Shown piece after piece: positions 24,788-35,781 of a stretch of 64,000 nt of DNA. Every line of letters starts with the position of its first letter. The stretch's first letter is position 1. The position numbers and the translations under genes were made by a program. The stretch is taken from positions 12,090,001-12,154,000 of the forward strand of contig JBHGNT010000012.1 of the NCBI GenBank assembly GCA_043228905.1, given 5' to 3'. The notes below the pieces were generated by a model. It was not told the DNA's origin. It worked only from the letters and a program-made list of their open reading frames with translations, and made no database searches. The stretch comes from Azolla caroliniana. Taxonomy: Eukaryota > Plantae > Polypodiophyta.

Positions 24788-25006
24788 TAGAATGATAGGA
24801 AGAGGGATGAAGTGGTTGTAGCCTATTAGCTTGTTGCCGCTTGCACAATGCACTTCCTATTCGAACTTCTACACAGATGAGTCAGTGAGTCGTGAGTCAT
24901 GATAGAGGCCTGAGGGATGAGGTTTAAGTTTTAAAATTAAAAGTTGAAAATGAGCACTAAAAAGTGGGAACTTAGAGACTGGTGTGAAAAATTAGGGTCT
25001 GAGGGC

Positions 25007-25227
25007 TAGGGGTATGTATGAACCTATAAACCTATAAACCGAACCACATATATAAGGAACTGATAAACCAATAAACTGTCAAGTTTAAAACCAAACCAAA
25101 CCAAAACCAAACCGACCTAACACTTTATAAACCAAACCAAACTGTCTATTTATATTTGAACCAATAAACCGTTAAGCCACAGTTTAATGATTCGGTTCGG
25201 TTTGAACCGAAACCGTGCCCATTGTTA
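25007..25227. mobile_element. Possible degenerate non-autonomous DNA transposon (hAT/MITE-like) with AAACC arrays
   Basis: TAGGGG start, many AAACC/AACCG repeats, ...AACCGTGCCCA end; TIR and TSD not clean. Confidence 0.4.
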
Positions 25228-25228
25228 A

Positions 25229-25651
25229 CTCCGGATATGACTAGTTCCAGCTAGTCGTGGAGAGTAGGGATATCACGACGATGCGAGCCCCTCTCGGCCT
25301 AGTTAGAATGTGTACCTTGCCTCAAGGAGGGACCAACTCGGTATCGCACATGGTGAATGCAATGAACAAGGTTTTGCGGGACTGCATCCCGAACACCACC
25401 ATGCGTTTCTTGGATGACATTCTTATCAAGGGATGTCCGGAGCAAGCAAAGGAAGAATTGATCAGGCTGGACAGATGCCGGAGGTTTGTCGTGGATTACA
25501 TCTCCGACTGCGAGAAGATACTGTAGAGGCTTGAGGGTGCTCGACTTACCATCTCAGGGGAGAAGTCGACTTTCGGACAATCCGAGATCCTAGTCGTGGG
25601 GCACCTATGCGGACCATACGGCCGGAAACCATCTCCGGCGGAGGTAGAGGC
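25229..25651 (+). pseudogene. pol: Family A pol fragment A2 (RT), left of the B2 insertion
   Basis: ESRDITTMR, TLPQGGTNSV, FLDDI. Confidence 0.9.
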
Positions 25652-26041
25652 TGTTGTCTGTCTGGCCGGACTAGCCTCAACACAGGTGTCTATCCGACAC
25701 TTCTCCTAAGGGGTGGTAAGGGTTGGATGCTAGGTTACACGCGTAAGATGATTACAATTAAGCACAGACGGTAAACAATACGAGATACAGATAAACACGC
25801 AATAATTACTATTGTATTACTTCCGTCAAAACCCTTTACAAATCATCGGATCCTTTTATAGGCATCCGGCAAGGTTACAATCGGTGCGCTTAGGCAACCG
25901 ACATCCGAATCGGTCCGGATCCGGATCGGTACAACTGTACCGAATCCGTCCCTCGGAATAATAATTCTACTATTATTTACTTCCTATTATCCGATCCGAT
26001 TCCGCCTTCCCACTTGTCCTTGCTCTTCTGACCGGCCAACA
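25652..26041 (-). repeat. B2 3' LTR
   Basis: TGTTG...CAACA; matches 35392-35781 at 389/390 by eye. Confidence 0.97.
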
Positions 26042-26043
26042 CA

Positions 26044-26085
26044 TGGCACGCCCGTGGGAAAGTGCCTTGCACTTCGAATCCACTC
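26044..26085 (-). other. tRNA-3'-half-like motif in place of the PPT (antisense PBS)
   Basis: Element sense GTGGATTCGAA-GTGCAAGGCAC-TTTCCCACGGGCGTGCCA-TG then LTR; no purine tract. Confidence 0.8.
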
Positions 26086-26091
26086 CCGGCC

Positions 26092-28980
26092 TCAGTCTTC
26101 CTCCAAAATATCGAGCACACTCTGCTCGATGGTGTCAAGTGGTGCTTCTTCCTCCTGTTCCTGTTCCTTGCCTGCCTGGTCTCCGACCTCCGGTTGGGTA
26201 GGCTGTTCCGTAAAAATTTGCTGCTCCGGCTCTGCTTGATTCTGTGGTGCCGGTGCTTCCTCACCGCTTCGTCCGAGTTCTTCCTGTTCTCCCTCCGTTC
26301 CTGGCTCTGTTCTGTTACCGGTGTCGCTTTCTCCGGTCTCGACTGGTCGACTCGATATGCCTCCTTCCTCTGCTTTGGTGTCTTCCGGTCTCAGCTCTTC
26401 TTCTTCTCCGGCATCGGTCTGCTCCTGCTCTTCTTCAAGTTCGTCTTCGGGTATTCCTCGTCGGGGTTGTTCGGTGTCGGTTGGTTCATCTTCAGCCGGT
26501 CGCTCTCCCTCACTTATCGTGATTGGCGTCGTTCTTCCCTTAGCTTCCTGTCGTAACCGGTCCTGCTCGTATCTCTCCAACTCCAACTGAGTTGCGAGCT
26601 GCCCGTCATCCAACCTCTCTACCAACCCTCGGATTTCTTTGAGGTGTTCTTCTGCTAAAGTGTAGAAATCCTCCGACAATTCTTCCCGAATGGCGACGAT
26701 ACTTTCTTCATCCATCTTGTAGAACTTGTCACCGGTCTTCCTCCGATTCTCGGCATCCGCTCGGAGTGTCTGCAGCTCGGCTGCCTGTTGTGACCACTCC
26801 TTCCATAGCTTTTCCGTACTTTCGTTGATGCTTGCCTGAGCTCGGGTACTCCATCCTGACATGATGAGCTTGATCCGGTCAACCCCTGCCTTAGCATGCG
26901 CATAAGCTTCCTGCTTTTCCTTCCTTGGCCGTTTTATAATGTCGGCCATTATCTGAGCCTGGGCATCGTAATCTGCTTTCTGCTTTTCATAGGTACTCTG
27001 CAGTTTGCTGATCGTGAAGGTCGATTTTTCCTTTTCTTCATTCCTGATCTTGGTCAGGTCCAGCTTTTCCCGCCTTAGCGCCTCTAATTCCTTCCTTCTC
27101 TCCGTTGCTTGGGCTCTTTCCACCGACAATGCTTCCTTGTTGGCACTGACCTCATCCATCGCCTTAGCCAAGTCTAATCGGGTCTCTTTGAGCTGCACTT
27201 TCAGCTTCTCTATTTGCCGGTCGTAGTCTGCTGCCCGTTTTTTGTTGTCGGACTCGGCCTGCTTGTGATCTCGGTAGAGACGGTCGAAGTCCTCCGTCTT
27301 CTGCTTCAGGCGTCGGTTTGCCTGAGCTCTTAACCGATCGTCCTGGTCCTTCTGTTGTTGGAGTTCTTCCTGCAGTCGTTCTATCTCTTGCTCGGCATGT
27401 CGACGTAGTCGGTCCTTCTCCTTTTGCAGCTTCTCTTTTTCTTCTTGCAGTCGGTCATAAGCGGCTCGACCTTTCCGGAGGCCTTCTTCCATTTTTCGTC
27501 TGTCGTCCTCCACCGCTTTCCGCTGCTCCCTTTCTCTTTCCCTTAATGCCTCCTGAGCTTTTAACTCCTCTCGTAAGGTTTCTATTATTTTTTCGGTCTC
27601 AGGGCCGGTTTGCAAGGCTACCGGTTCTGGTTGCTTCCTTGTTGTCCCGACCGGCTCGGTGACAACTTGTGCTTGTTGAATTCCTTCCCTTGCCTGCAAC
27701 AGCTCCCCTTGCATTTCCTCGATCTGTGTTCGGAGCGCGACCAACTCCTGAGTTGTTGTATGCGTCAGCTGTTGCCTACACGTTTCTTCTTTCTCTAACT
27801 GGTCCGCTACTCCCGATAACTGCTCCAAAAGCCATCTCAGCCATTGTGGCTTTGTTCTTCCGGTGTCGGGGTGGCCTTGCTCACTTAACTCAGGCTGATT
27901 TTCCGGCCTCTTCTCTGGCTCCGGCTCCGGCGCTTGTTCCTTCTTCTCTAGGATGACCGGTTTTCTGAAGTCCAGCCCACCCGGTGTCGGTGCTGCTTCC
28001 CTGAGTACGGGTTCCGGTGCTGTTTCCGCCTCAGCTACTGGAGATGGTCCTTGCGCCCTCTGCTGAGTTCTGTCCACTGCTGGAGCCGGTCCTTTCGCCC
28101 GTTTCTCCCGACCTTGTCTTGCTGGGAGTCTTACCAGTGGTTCGGATGAGTCTTCTGTTTCAGCTTCCTCCTCCGGTGCGGTTACCAGACGGACCTTTTG
28201 TATAAAGACCTCTGGTTCCGGTTCCGGCCGTCGCAACGTTATATGGATTGGTTTGCGCGCTACCGGTTCCTCCTCGGCCGATTTCCGTTTGCCTTTACCT
28301 ACCGGTTTTGCCTTTGTTGCCGGTTCCTGTTGTTGTCGGGATGATCCTTCCCCCTGCTGTTCTGCTTCTTGCTGGGTCCATCCGGGGGTGTGTTTCTCCA
28401 AGATCTGTCGGCGCTTTGTGACCTTTTTCGGTGTCATCTCCTGCCGACCTCTTTTCTTTTGTGTGATGGGGAGCACCGGTGGGACTAACACCGTTAGCCA
28501 TTGTGCTATCCCGGCCCATGGCTTTTTTCCTTCCACAAGATTTTTGATGGCCTCCTTCAATCCTTCGGTTATGAAATGGAGCCAGTCTATTTGTAAGCCT
28601 TCGTACGCTGCTATTAAGAACGCTGCCCGGTACTTGGCTATGGCCGGGGGACGGGGATTCACGAATCCGTATTCCATCATGGCGCGGGCCACTTCTCCGA
28701 ACAGCAGGTTTTCTCCGCCCTGCGTTCGATACGCCTTGCTGCTGATAGAGTACTCCCCGAAATATTCGAACAGGATTTCACTTGAAGGGTTTTCGATTGT
28801 TTGAAGTCCTCCCGCTTTTATTCCCGTGAGCGCCTGCACCGCTCCTTCCGTGACTTCTGATATATCGATCGATGCTACCGCCTGCTCTGGTTCTGCGTGT
28901 GGTGGAGCGTCGGTGATCCGCAGCAATCCTTTTAACCCGTTCTCCCTCATCCATTGGCGTGCCTCTTCCGACAGTACCAT
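26092..28980 (-). CDS. B2 extra ORF3: ~960-aa protein with globular N-domain, basic NLS-like patch, long coiled coil and acidic tail (frame open to 29244)
   Basis: Uninterrupted ORF; homology with B1 begins at MVLSEEARQW; TATA-like CTATATAAG at 29116-29124 upstream. Confidence 0.88.
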   Translation of the reverse strand: MVLSEEARQWMRENGLKGLLRITDAPPHAEPEQAVASIDISEVTEGAVQALTGIKAGGLQTIENPSSEILFEYFGEYSISSKAYRTQGGENLLFGEVARAMMEYGFVNPRPPAIAKYRAAFLIAAYEGLQIDWLHFITEGLKEAIKNLVEGKKPWAGIAQWLTVLVPPVLPITQKKRGRQEMTPKKVTKRRQILEKHTPGWTQQEAEQQGEGSSRQQQEPATKAKPVGKGKRKSAEEEPVARKPIHITLRRPEPEPEVFIQKVRLVTAPEEEAETEDSSEPLVRLPARQGREKRAKGPAPAVDRTQQRAQGPSPVAEAETAPEPVLREAAPTPGGLDFRKPVILEKKEQAPEPEPEKRPENQPELSEQGHPDTGRTKPQWLRWLLEQLSGVADQLEKEETCRQQLTHTTTQELVALRTQIEEMQGELLQAREGIQQAQVVTEPVGTTRKQPEPVALQTGPETEKIIETLREELKAQEALREREREQRKAVEDDRRKMEEGLRKGRAAYDRLQEEKEKLQKEKDRLRRHAEQEIERLQEELQQQKDQDDRLRAQANRRLKQKTEDFDRLYRDHKQAESDNKKRAADYDRQIEKLKVQLKETRLDLAKAMDEVSANKEALSVERAQATERRKELEALRREKLDLTKIRNEEKEKSTFTISKLQSTYEKQKADYDAQAQIMADIIKRPRKEKQEAYAHAKAGVDRIKLIMSGWSTRAQASINESTEKLWKEWSQQAAELQTLRADAENRRKTGDKFYKMDEESIVAIREELSEDFYTLAEEHLKEIRGLVERLDDGQLATQLELERYEQDRLRQEAKGRTTPITISEGERPAEDEPTDTEQPRRGIPEDELEEEQEQTDAGEEEELRPEDTKAEEGGISSRPVETGESDTGNRTEPGTEGEQEELGRSGEEAPAPQNQAEPEQQIFTEQPTQPEVGDQAGKEQEQEEEAPLDTIEQSVLDILEED

Positions 28981-29390
28981 TGTTTCGAATTCTTCTTCTG
29001 CTACCTGTTGTTCGGGATCGCGCTGTGTGTGCTCTGTGCGTCGGGTCGCTCTTCTGTGCTTCTGCGCCTGTATGTAGGAAAATTCGTAAAAAGTGAGCCC
29101 TTCGCAGGCCTGTGTCTTATATAGTGGGTCGTGCCTCGAGCCGCCCTTTTTCGTTTCCCGCGCATGTTCCTCTCCCGCCATAATTAGTATGTCCTTTCTT
29201 GTTTGCCGCGTGTGAGTGCCCACGTTCCATGCTTTAAATAGCAAGTATGCGCACGTCCTTCTTTAATGCATGGCGCCTCTTCCTTGCATGGTGCCGCTCC
29301 CACCTCTTGTGATCTCCCCATCATTACTATGATTCGCGTCGATTTTGCCCACGTCTTCCTTTTTTTTTTTTTTTTTTTTTTTGGACCACG

Positions 29391-32300
29391 TCATTTGCTG
29401 GTCCCCCCCGATTTGTTCGGGTCGGTTCGTGTGGGTACCGGATCCTTCTGTCGGTTTTCCGGGATAGTCTTTGTCAGTATCGGTGTCGGTTCTTCCTCGG
29501 TCCGAATATCTTCAGCAGTGTCCGTCGGTGTCGGTTCCTCATCTTGCCGGATTTCCGGGTTTTGGTTGAACGGGTTGGCTGGCATATTTCCCTTATACGG
29601 CTTTAGCCGAAATCCATTTGCCCACTTGCCGATGACATCTCCAGACAACGTGCCGAGCTGATACGACCCATTGTACTCCTTGGTGATCCAGAACGGTCCG
29701 GTCCATCGAAACCGCAACTTTCCCGGCATGTTCCCCATCCGTGTCTGGAATAGTAGTACCGGTTTCCCGACTTCGAACTCCTTTTCATTGCCACGTCGGT
29801 GTCGATCCACGAAAGCTTTTCTCCTCCTTTGCTCCAGTTCGAGTTGTAGTAAGCTAGCTATTCGGTTTTCTTCTAATTCCAACAACGTCGCCAGCCGGAT
29901 TCGTTCGGACTCGTTCTCACTTAAGCGCTCCTTCACCTAAATCTGTAAGCTTGGGATCTGGAACTCTACCGGCATGACCGCTTCTAACCCGAATGCTAGT
30001 CGGAACGGGGTTGTCCGGATGCTGGTTTTGTACGTTGTTCGGTACGCCCATAGCGCGCTTTGCAATTTCGTATCCCAGTCGGTCCGGTTCTCGTTGACGA
30101 TTTTTCGTAGGATGTTCTGCAAAGTTTTGTTCGTTGATTCCGCTAGTCCATTGGCTTGAGGGTAGTAGGGAGTACTCTTTTTATGTACCACCGCGTAAAA
30201 TGACGTCAGGCTTTCTACTACCTGCCCGAGAAAATGTCCTCCTTGGTCACTTATAAGCTCGATCGGGCATCCATACCGGCACCATATGCACTCGTACAGA
30301 AACTTTGCCGTGGACGCGGCCGTGTTGTCCCGTAAGGCCTTTGCTTCTACCCATTTGGTGCAATAGTCGGTCACCACTATGACATACCGATTTCCGGTTC
30401 GCATTGCCGGTGGTTTGAAGGGACCGACAAAGTCCAACCCCCACTTTTGTAACGGTTCTAAGGGCAAGACCGGGTGGTGTGGCATCCGGGCCTGCTCTGT
30501 GGGTTGGCCCAGTCGTTGACACAAATCGCATTCTCTGCTATACTTCACGACATCTTTTAGGGTGGTCGGCCACCATAGTCTGCTCTGCCATATTTTCCGA
30601 GCGGTTGCGTCGCCAGCATAATGCCCGCCGGCAATTCCACAGTGGGCTTCCCTGAGGATTAGATCCTTCTCATCGCTCCGCACTGCTCGTCTCCAGATGC
30701 CATCTGCCCCCTTGTGATAGAGGGTGTCTCCAACCAAGCAGAAATATCTACTTCTTACTGCTACCCTTTTCCTTTCATCGCGGTCCATGTTCTCCGGGGG
30801 AACTCCGGTGCTCAGGAACTGATGCATCTCAGTTAGCCATGTGTCTTCATCGGCTACGGTTGTATCCGTTGCTGGTTTCGTCGTGATCCAGAACAATTCG
30901 GCGTCGGGAAACTCATCCTGGACGCCGTCCCCTGCTTCTCCGGATTCGAGTCTGCTTAGGTAGTCCGCTACCGCATGCTGCGCCCCGGGTCGGTGGAAAA
31001 TGTCGAATTCGAATTCCTGTAGCAGCAGTGTCCACTGTGCAATTTTTCCCGTTAGGGATGCCTTCGAGACCAGGTAGAGTAGTGCCGAATGGTCGACATG
31101 GAAGGAAAACTTCCTTCCGAGCAGATAGTGCCTGTACTTTGTGACACTATACACCATTCCCAATGCCTCGCGTTCCGTTGTAGAGTAATTCCGTTCGGCT
31201 TTTGAGAGTTTCCGGCTTGCGTAGTACACCGGTCGGTACCATTTCAGCTCCGTGAGTTGCATCAGAACGCTGCCGATTGCTACGTCCGACGCGTCGACGA
31301 AGACGTGAAAGCTTTTACTCCAATCCGGCGGTTGCACCACCGGGGCTTGCGACAGCATAACCTTCAACGCTTTGTAGGATTCCTCCTCCGTCTCCGCCCA
31401 TAGGAAGGGTACCCTATGTACGGCGGTATGTAACGGTGTAGCGAAGTTTGCGAGGTGCCGTATCATCCGGCTATGCCACCTTATTTGGCCCAGGAACCGG
31501 CTTAAAGCCTTTGCGTTACTTGGTGCTGGTGCCTCGAGAATCGCCTTGACTTTATCCGGATCTACCGTGATTCCTTCTACCGTGATTCCTTCCTTACTCA
31601 CCACGTGCCCTAGTAAGTTGCCGCTTGCCACTCCAAAGACGCACTTGGCCGGGTTCAGGCTCAATCGGTACTCGCGGCACTTCTCCAAGCACAGCCGGAG
31701 GTGATCGAGATGCTCTCCGTGCCGGCTGTAGACCGCGAAATCGTCAAGGAAGACCTGCATAAAACCGGGGATATATTCCCCGAAAATTTCCATTATTATC
31801 CTTTGAAAGGTCGCTGGAGCCGTCTTTAGTCCGAACATCATCACGACCGCGACGAACACTCCCCATTCCGTCACGAACGTTGTCTTCTCCTGGTCGGCCG
31901 GGTTCATTCGTATTTGGTTGTAGCCGCTAAATCCATCCAGGAAGCTGTAAACTTCGTGGCCGGCTACCACATCTAACACCCCGTCCGTAAATGGTAGTGG
32001 AAACGCATCGGTCACAGTTGCGGCATTTAGTTTTCGGTAGTCCACGCATACCCGGATTTTGCCGTTCTTTTTCGGGACCACCACTATCAGACTCAGCCAG
32101 GTTGCCTGCTTGACCGGTCGGATAAATCCGACCCGGAGGAGATTATCAATTTCCTCCTTCACCTTTGCCGCATAATTCGGATTCATCCGGTACCTGCGTT
32201 GAGCAATCGGTTTCGCGTCCGTACTTAGGTGAATTTGGTGCTGATAGAGCTGGGGGTCCAGCCCTCGCATGTCTTCGTACGACCACGCGAACACATCCTT

Positions 32301-35300
32301 GAAGTCTGTTAATAATGCAACCATTGCCTTCTTTTCTTCCTTCGGCAATTCCTTTGCAACATTTACCGGTCGGGGCTTGTCTGCTGTGCCGAGGTCCACC
32401 TCCTGGAGTTGGGATGCTTTCACCCTCTGGGATATCGTCATTTCCCTCTCTAGGGATTCCTGCGCTTGTCGCAGTTCCCGGATCGCCGCTTGGTCCGGTT
32501 CTTCCGGCGTTGTAATGTACGGCTCTACTGCCGCCGTGATATCCACCTCAAATAGTGGGACGATTCGTGGGTGTTCCTCGAGGTACCGCTCGACTTCCTC
32601 GTCCGGTAATCCCTCCAACATGTTAATGCTTTCCACATACAATGGAGTTGCTTCCTTACTGGTGATCACCCGTGGTTGCGTCGTTACTCGTACCTTTGTT
32701 TTCCCTCGCCGGAATGTGATCATGTTCTTTTGCCAGTTCTGCTTGATATGCGCCGTTCGCAGCCATGGTCGTCCTAGCAGTAGGGGGTACGCGCCTTGTA
32801 CATTCAGCTGCAGTACCACGGCCGATATCCGGAATACGTGGCCTCCGATCGTTACTTCCAAATCCCGGATAAGCCCGGTCAGTCGGACTGAGCTAGTATC
32901 CGCCATGCGTAACCAGAAGGGGCATGGTTCCCATTCCCGGATGCCCAGGTCGTTGCATGTCTGTTGGCTGATGACATTTACCCCGGAGCCTCCGTCAATA
33001 ATCGTTCCAGCAATTTCCTTTCCTTTCACGATTGCCGTGATCGCCGGGCTACTTGTATCGACCACCGCTGGTCCTTCCTCCGGGTTGGAGAAGAATGCCG
33101 GTGCCGGCGTCGGCTTCGGTTTGCTGATAGATGCCTGTAGGTCTGCCGTAAATCGTGGCACTAACTGTAGTAGTCGTGCTAACGGTAGCACGATTTGACA
33201 GTCCTGTAGCGCTTGCCAGGTCGGGTTTTCTCCTGGCTGTATGATTTCTTCGTCTTTTGGCATATTTTGGTCTCTTACTTCTCCCGCATTCTGTTCATTG
33301 GCCTCCTTGATCCATTGTGTCGCTTGTTTTCTGATTGCCTCCTGGGCTTCCCACTCGGCGGTCTTTCCCTTTGACCGGGTTGTGATCTGCTGTACTTCTG
33401 TTATTTCGGCTGTAACCATGTTGACTTCCGGCTTCTTGTCATAGCTTTTGCTTGGGCATTGGTTACTATAGTGGCCTTCCTTACGGCAGTAATAAGAGTA
33501 CACCTTGTGACTGTTGCTCGTTTCACCTTTGTCCCCGGTTTGGAGGGTGGGTATGCTCCGGCGGTCGTCTTCGGTTTTTCGGTTATCCGGTACCGATACC
33601 GGGTTGTCATTCCTTGCTGCCTCCCGACGTTCCTCTCTTCGGAAAAATCCACGCTTCTGATTCCGTCGGAAATTTCGGTTCCCTTGTCTCCTCTCTTCTC
33701 TGCGTCGGTCGTATTCCGGGGATTCGTCTCGGTCGTACCGGTCCCGGGGGTAGCTATCTTTGCGTCTCTCCTCTCGGTCATAGTTGTCGCGTCTTCTATC
33801 AGCGTATCCTTGTCGCCTCTCTTCTCTGCGTCGGTCGTCTTCCGGGGATTCGTCTCTGTCGTACCGGTCCCGGGGGTAGCTATCTCTGCGTCTCTCCTCT
33901 CGGTTATAGTTGTCGCGTCTTCTATCAGCGTATCTGTTACCGCGTTCACGTTGGTAGCGGTCGTCTCTCCGGAATCGATCCTCGTCCGGGTTTTGATTGC
34001 GCGGTTCTATGTGTTGAACCGGTGCTGCCTGCCGATTTAACAGGTTATATTCGCATCGGTCCGTTGTATGGGCTCGAGAGTTGCAGATCACACATTGTGT
34101 CCGCAGGGTGCAGTCTACTGTTGAGTGCCCCGAATTTAGGCATGTTGTACATTGTAAGGCCTGTCGGAACCTCAGGTCTTCCTCCTTTGGGAGTGCCCGG
34201 TGTAACATCCCCATCGACAAGAAGGGGCTAGTCTTGTCCATTTCTAAAACCCGATCAATAACTTGGTCCATTGTGCTGGTTTGGAAATCAAGGACTCCGC
34301 ACATTGTTCGAAGTGGCTCTTTTAGTGCGGCCAAAAAGACTGCTTTGGCTTCGTCTTCGGGTGGTGCTCTTGTTAGTTGGCTGTGCAGGTTCTGGAACCG
34401 AATGATGAATTGTGGTACAGTCTCGTTCTCTTCCTGCCGGGTGGTGTAGAACTGCCCGACCAATTCCCTTTGCTCAAATTGTCTGTGAAAAAACCTGAGG
34501 AATCTGGTCTTCAAGGCATCGAATGTGGCAAAGCTGCCCGGTAAGTGCTTTGCGTGCCATTGGGCCGCCGGTCCTTCTAAGGTTATGCCGAATTCGGCGA
34601 TTTTGGATCGTTCGGCTTCGGGCTCCGTCAGTCTTTGGGAGATATGGTTGGCTTCCCATGTTTGGAGGAATGCGTACACGTGTGCCTCCGCGTCGGCCTC
34701 ATCCCGGTACTTTGGGTATGGGTACGACATCGTGTCGTCCAACTGACTCTCCTGTTTCCTCCGCTCTTTGTCCGCTGTTGGCGTTGGTGTGAGAACCTTT
34801 GGTTCCTCCGCGGGTGTTGCCGGTGTCTGGTCCGTTGGTTCCTCCACGGGTGTTGTCGGTATCCGCTCCTTCGGTTCCTTCGCGGTTGTTGTCGGTATCC
34901 GGTCAGCCTTCCTCGGCGGTTGCCGGTCACCGAATTCCAGGGTTATTTCTTCCTCTGGCGCCGGTGTTACTGAGTCTTCCGACCCCTCGTCCTCCCGGTC
35001 GTTTGGTGTGTCGTGGCTGCTTTTATACCGGGACGCAACGCTTCCGTCGGTTTCCGACTCCGCCTCAAGTGTTGCGAATGCTTTCGAGTACCCGTCGCCC
35101 GCGGCGAGCGTCTGCAGTATCGTTTCCGCCTCTTGCAGGCTTGTTATGCTACTACCTTCGTCGGGGATTTGCAGAACCCGGAATTGCAATGCTTCTTCTG
35201 CGACTCTCCGAAGAGTTTTGGAGAATGACCGATCCCGCCGGATCTCGTCGACGGCTTGCTGCAGGGCTTCCCGTCGTTGCTCGCGTTCAGTGTATCGTCT

Positions 35301-35339
35301 CCCTCGTTCGGTGATGTGGTCGTCGTTTGGTCTAGACAT
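29391..35339 (-). CDS. gag-pol: B2 gag-pol polyprotein with one in-frame TAG (29937-29939) in the integrase C-terminus
   Basis: CCHC knuckles, IIDGGSGVN protease, FLDGFSGYNQI/FLDDF RT, DASD/EREAL/DHSAL RNase H, HHCC + D,D,E integrase, WTGPF module after the stop; start codon uncertain. Confidence 0.93.
33682..33934. repeat. 126-bp tandem duplication encoding an Arg/Asp-rich gag repeat
   Basis: Units start at 33682 and 33808. Confidence 0.9.
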
Positions 35340-35375
35340 CCATCCCCCGGTTGTCCTCTGCACTTTGCAGGAATC

Positions 35376-35385
35376 GTGGTCGCCA
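35376..35385 (-). other. B2 primer-binding site TGGCGACCAC (likely tRNA-Arg UCG)
   Basis: 6 nt inside the 5' LTR end; same decamer at 11598; tRNA identity from memory of plant tRNA-Arg ending GTGGTCG-CCA. Confidence 0.75.
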
Positions 35386-35391
35386 AAATAG

Positions 35392-35781
35392 TGTTGTCTG
35401 TCTGGCCGGACTAGCCTCAACACAGGTGTCTATCCGACACTTCTCCTAAGGGGTGGTAAGGGTTGGATGCTAGGTTACACGCGTAAGATGATTACAATTA
35501 AGCACAGACGGTAAACAATACGAGATACAGATAAACACGCAATAATTACTATTGTATTACTTCCGTCAAAACCCTTTACAAATCATCGGATCCTTTTATA
35601 GGCATCCGGCAAGGTTACAATCGGTGCGCTTAGGCAACCGACATCCGAATCGGTCCGGATCCGGATCGGTACAACTGTACCGAATCCGTCCCTCCGAATA
35701 ATAATTCTACTATTATTTACTTCCTATTATCCGATCCGATTCCGCCTTCCCACTTGTCCTTGCTCTTCTGACCGGCCAACA
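35392..35781 (-). repeat. B2 5' LTR
   Basis: Pairs with 25652-26041. Confidence 0.97.

Larger units (their letters stand above)
25652..35781 (-). mobile_element. Near-intact young Gypsy family B element B2 (10.1 kb), non-chromovirus (Athila/Tat-related type)
   Basis: Two 390-bp LTRs differing at one base, TSD GAGGC/AAGGC, PBS, single gag-pol frame, extra ORF; interrupts the A2 RT frame. Confidence 0.98.

Noticed and set aside
26092-29244. ORF3 as an envelope gene
   Set aside because: No signal peptide, hydrophobic transmembrane stretch or Cys pattern visible; highly charged coiled coil instead
29937-29939. Programmed stop-codon readthrough in the B2 integrase
   Set aside because: B1 has CAG (Gln) here and the context TAG-GTG is not a known readthrough motif; a simple C-to-T mutation is more likely
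32269-35391. Long plus-strand ORFs opposite B2 gag-pol (and 1938-2765 opposite A1)
   Set aside because: Antisense shadows of codon-biased TE ORFs
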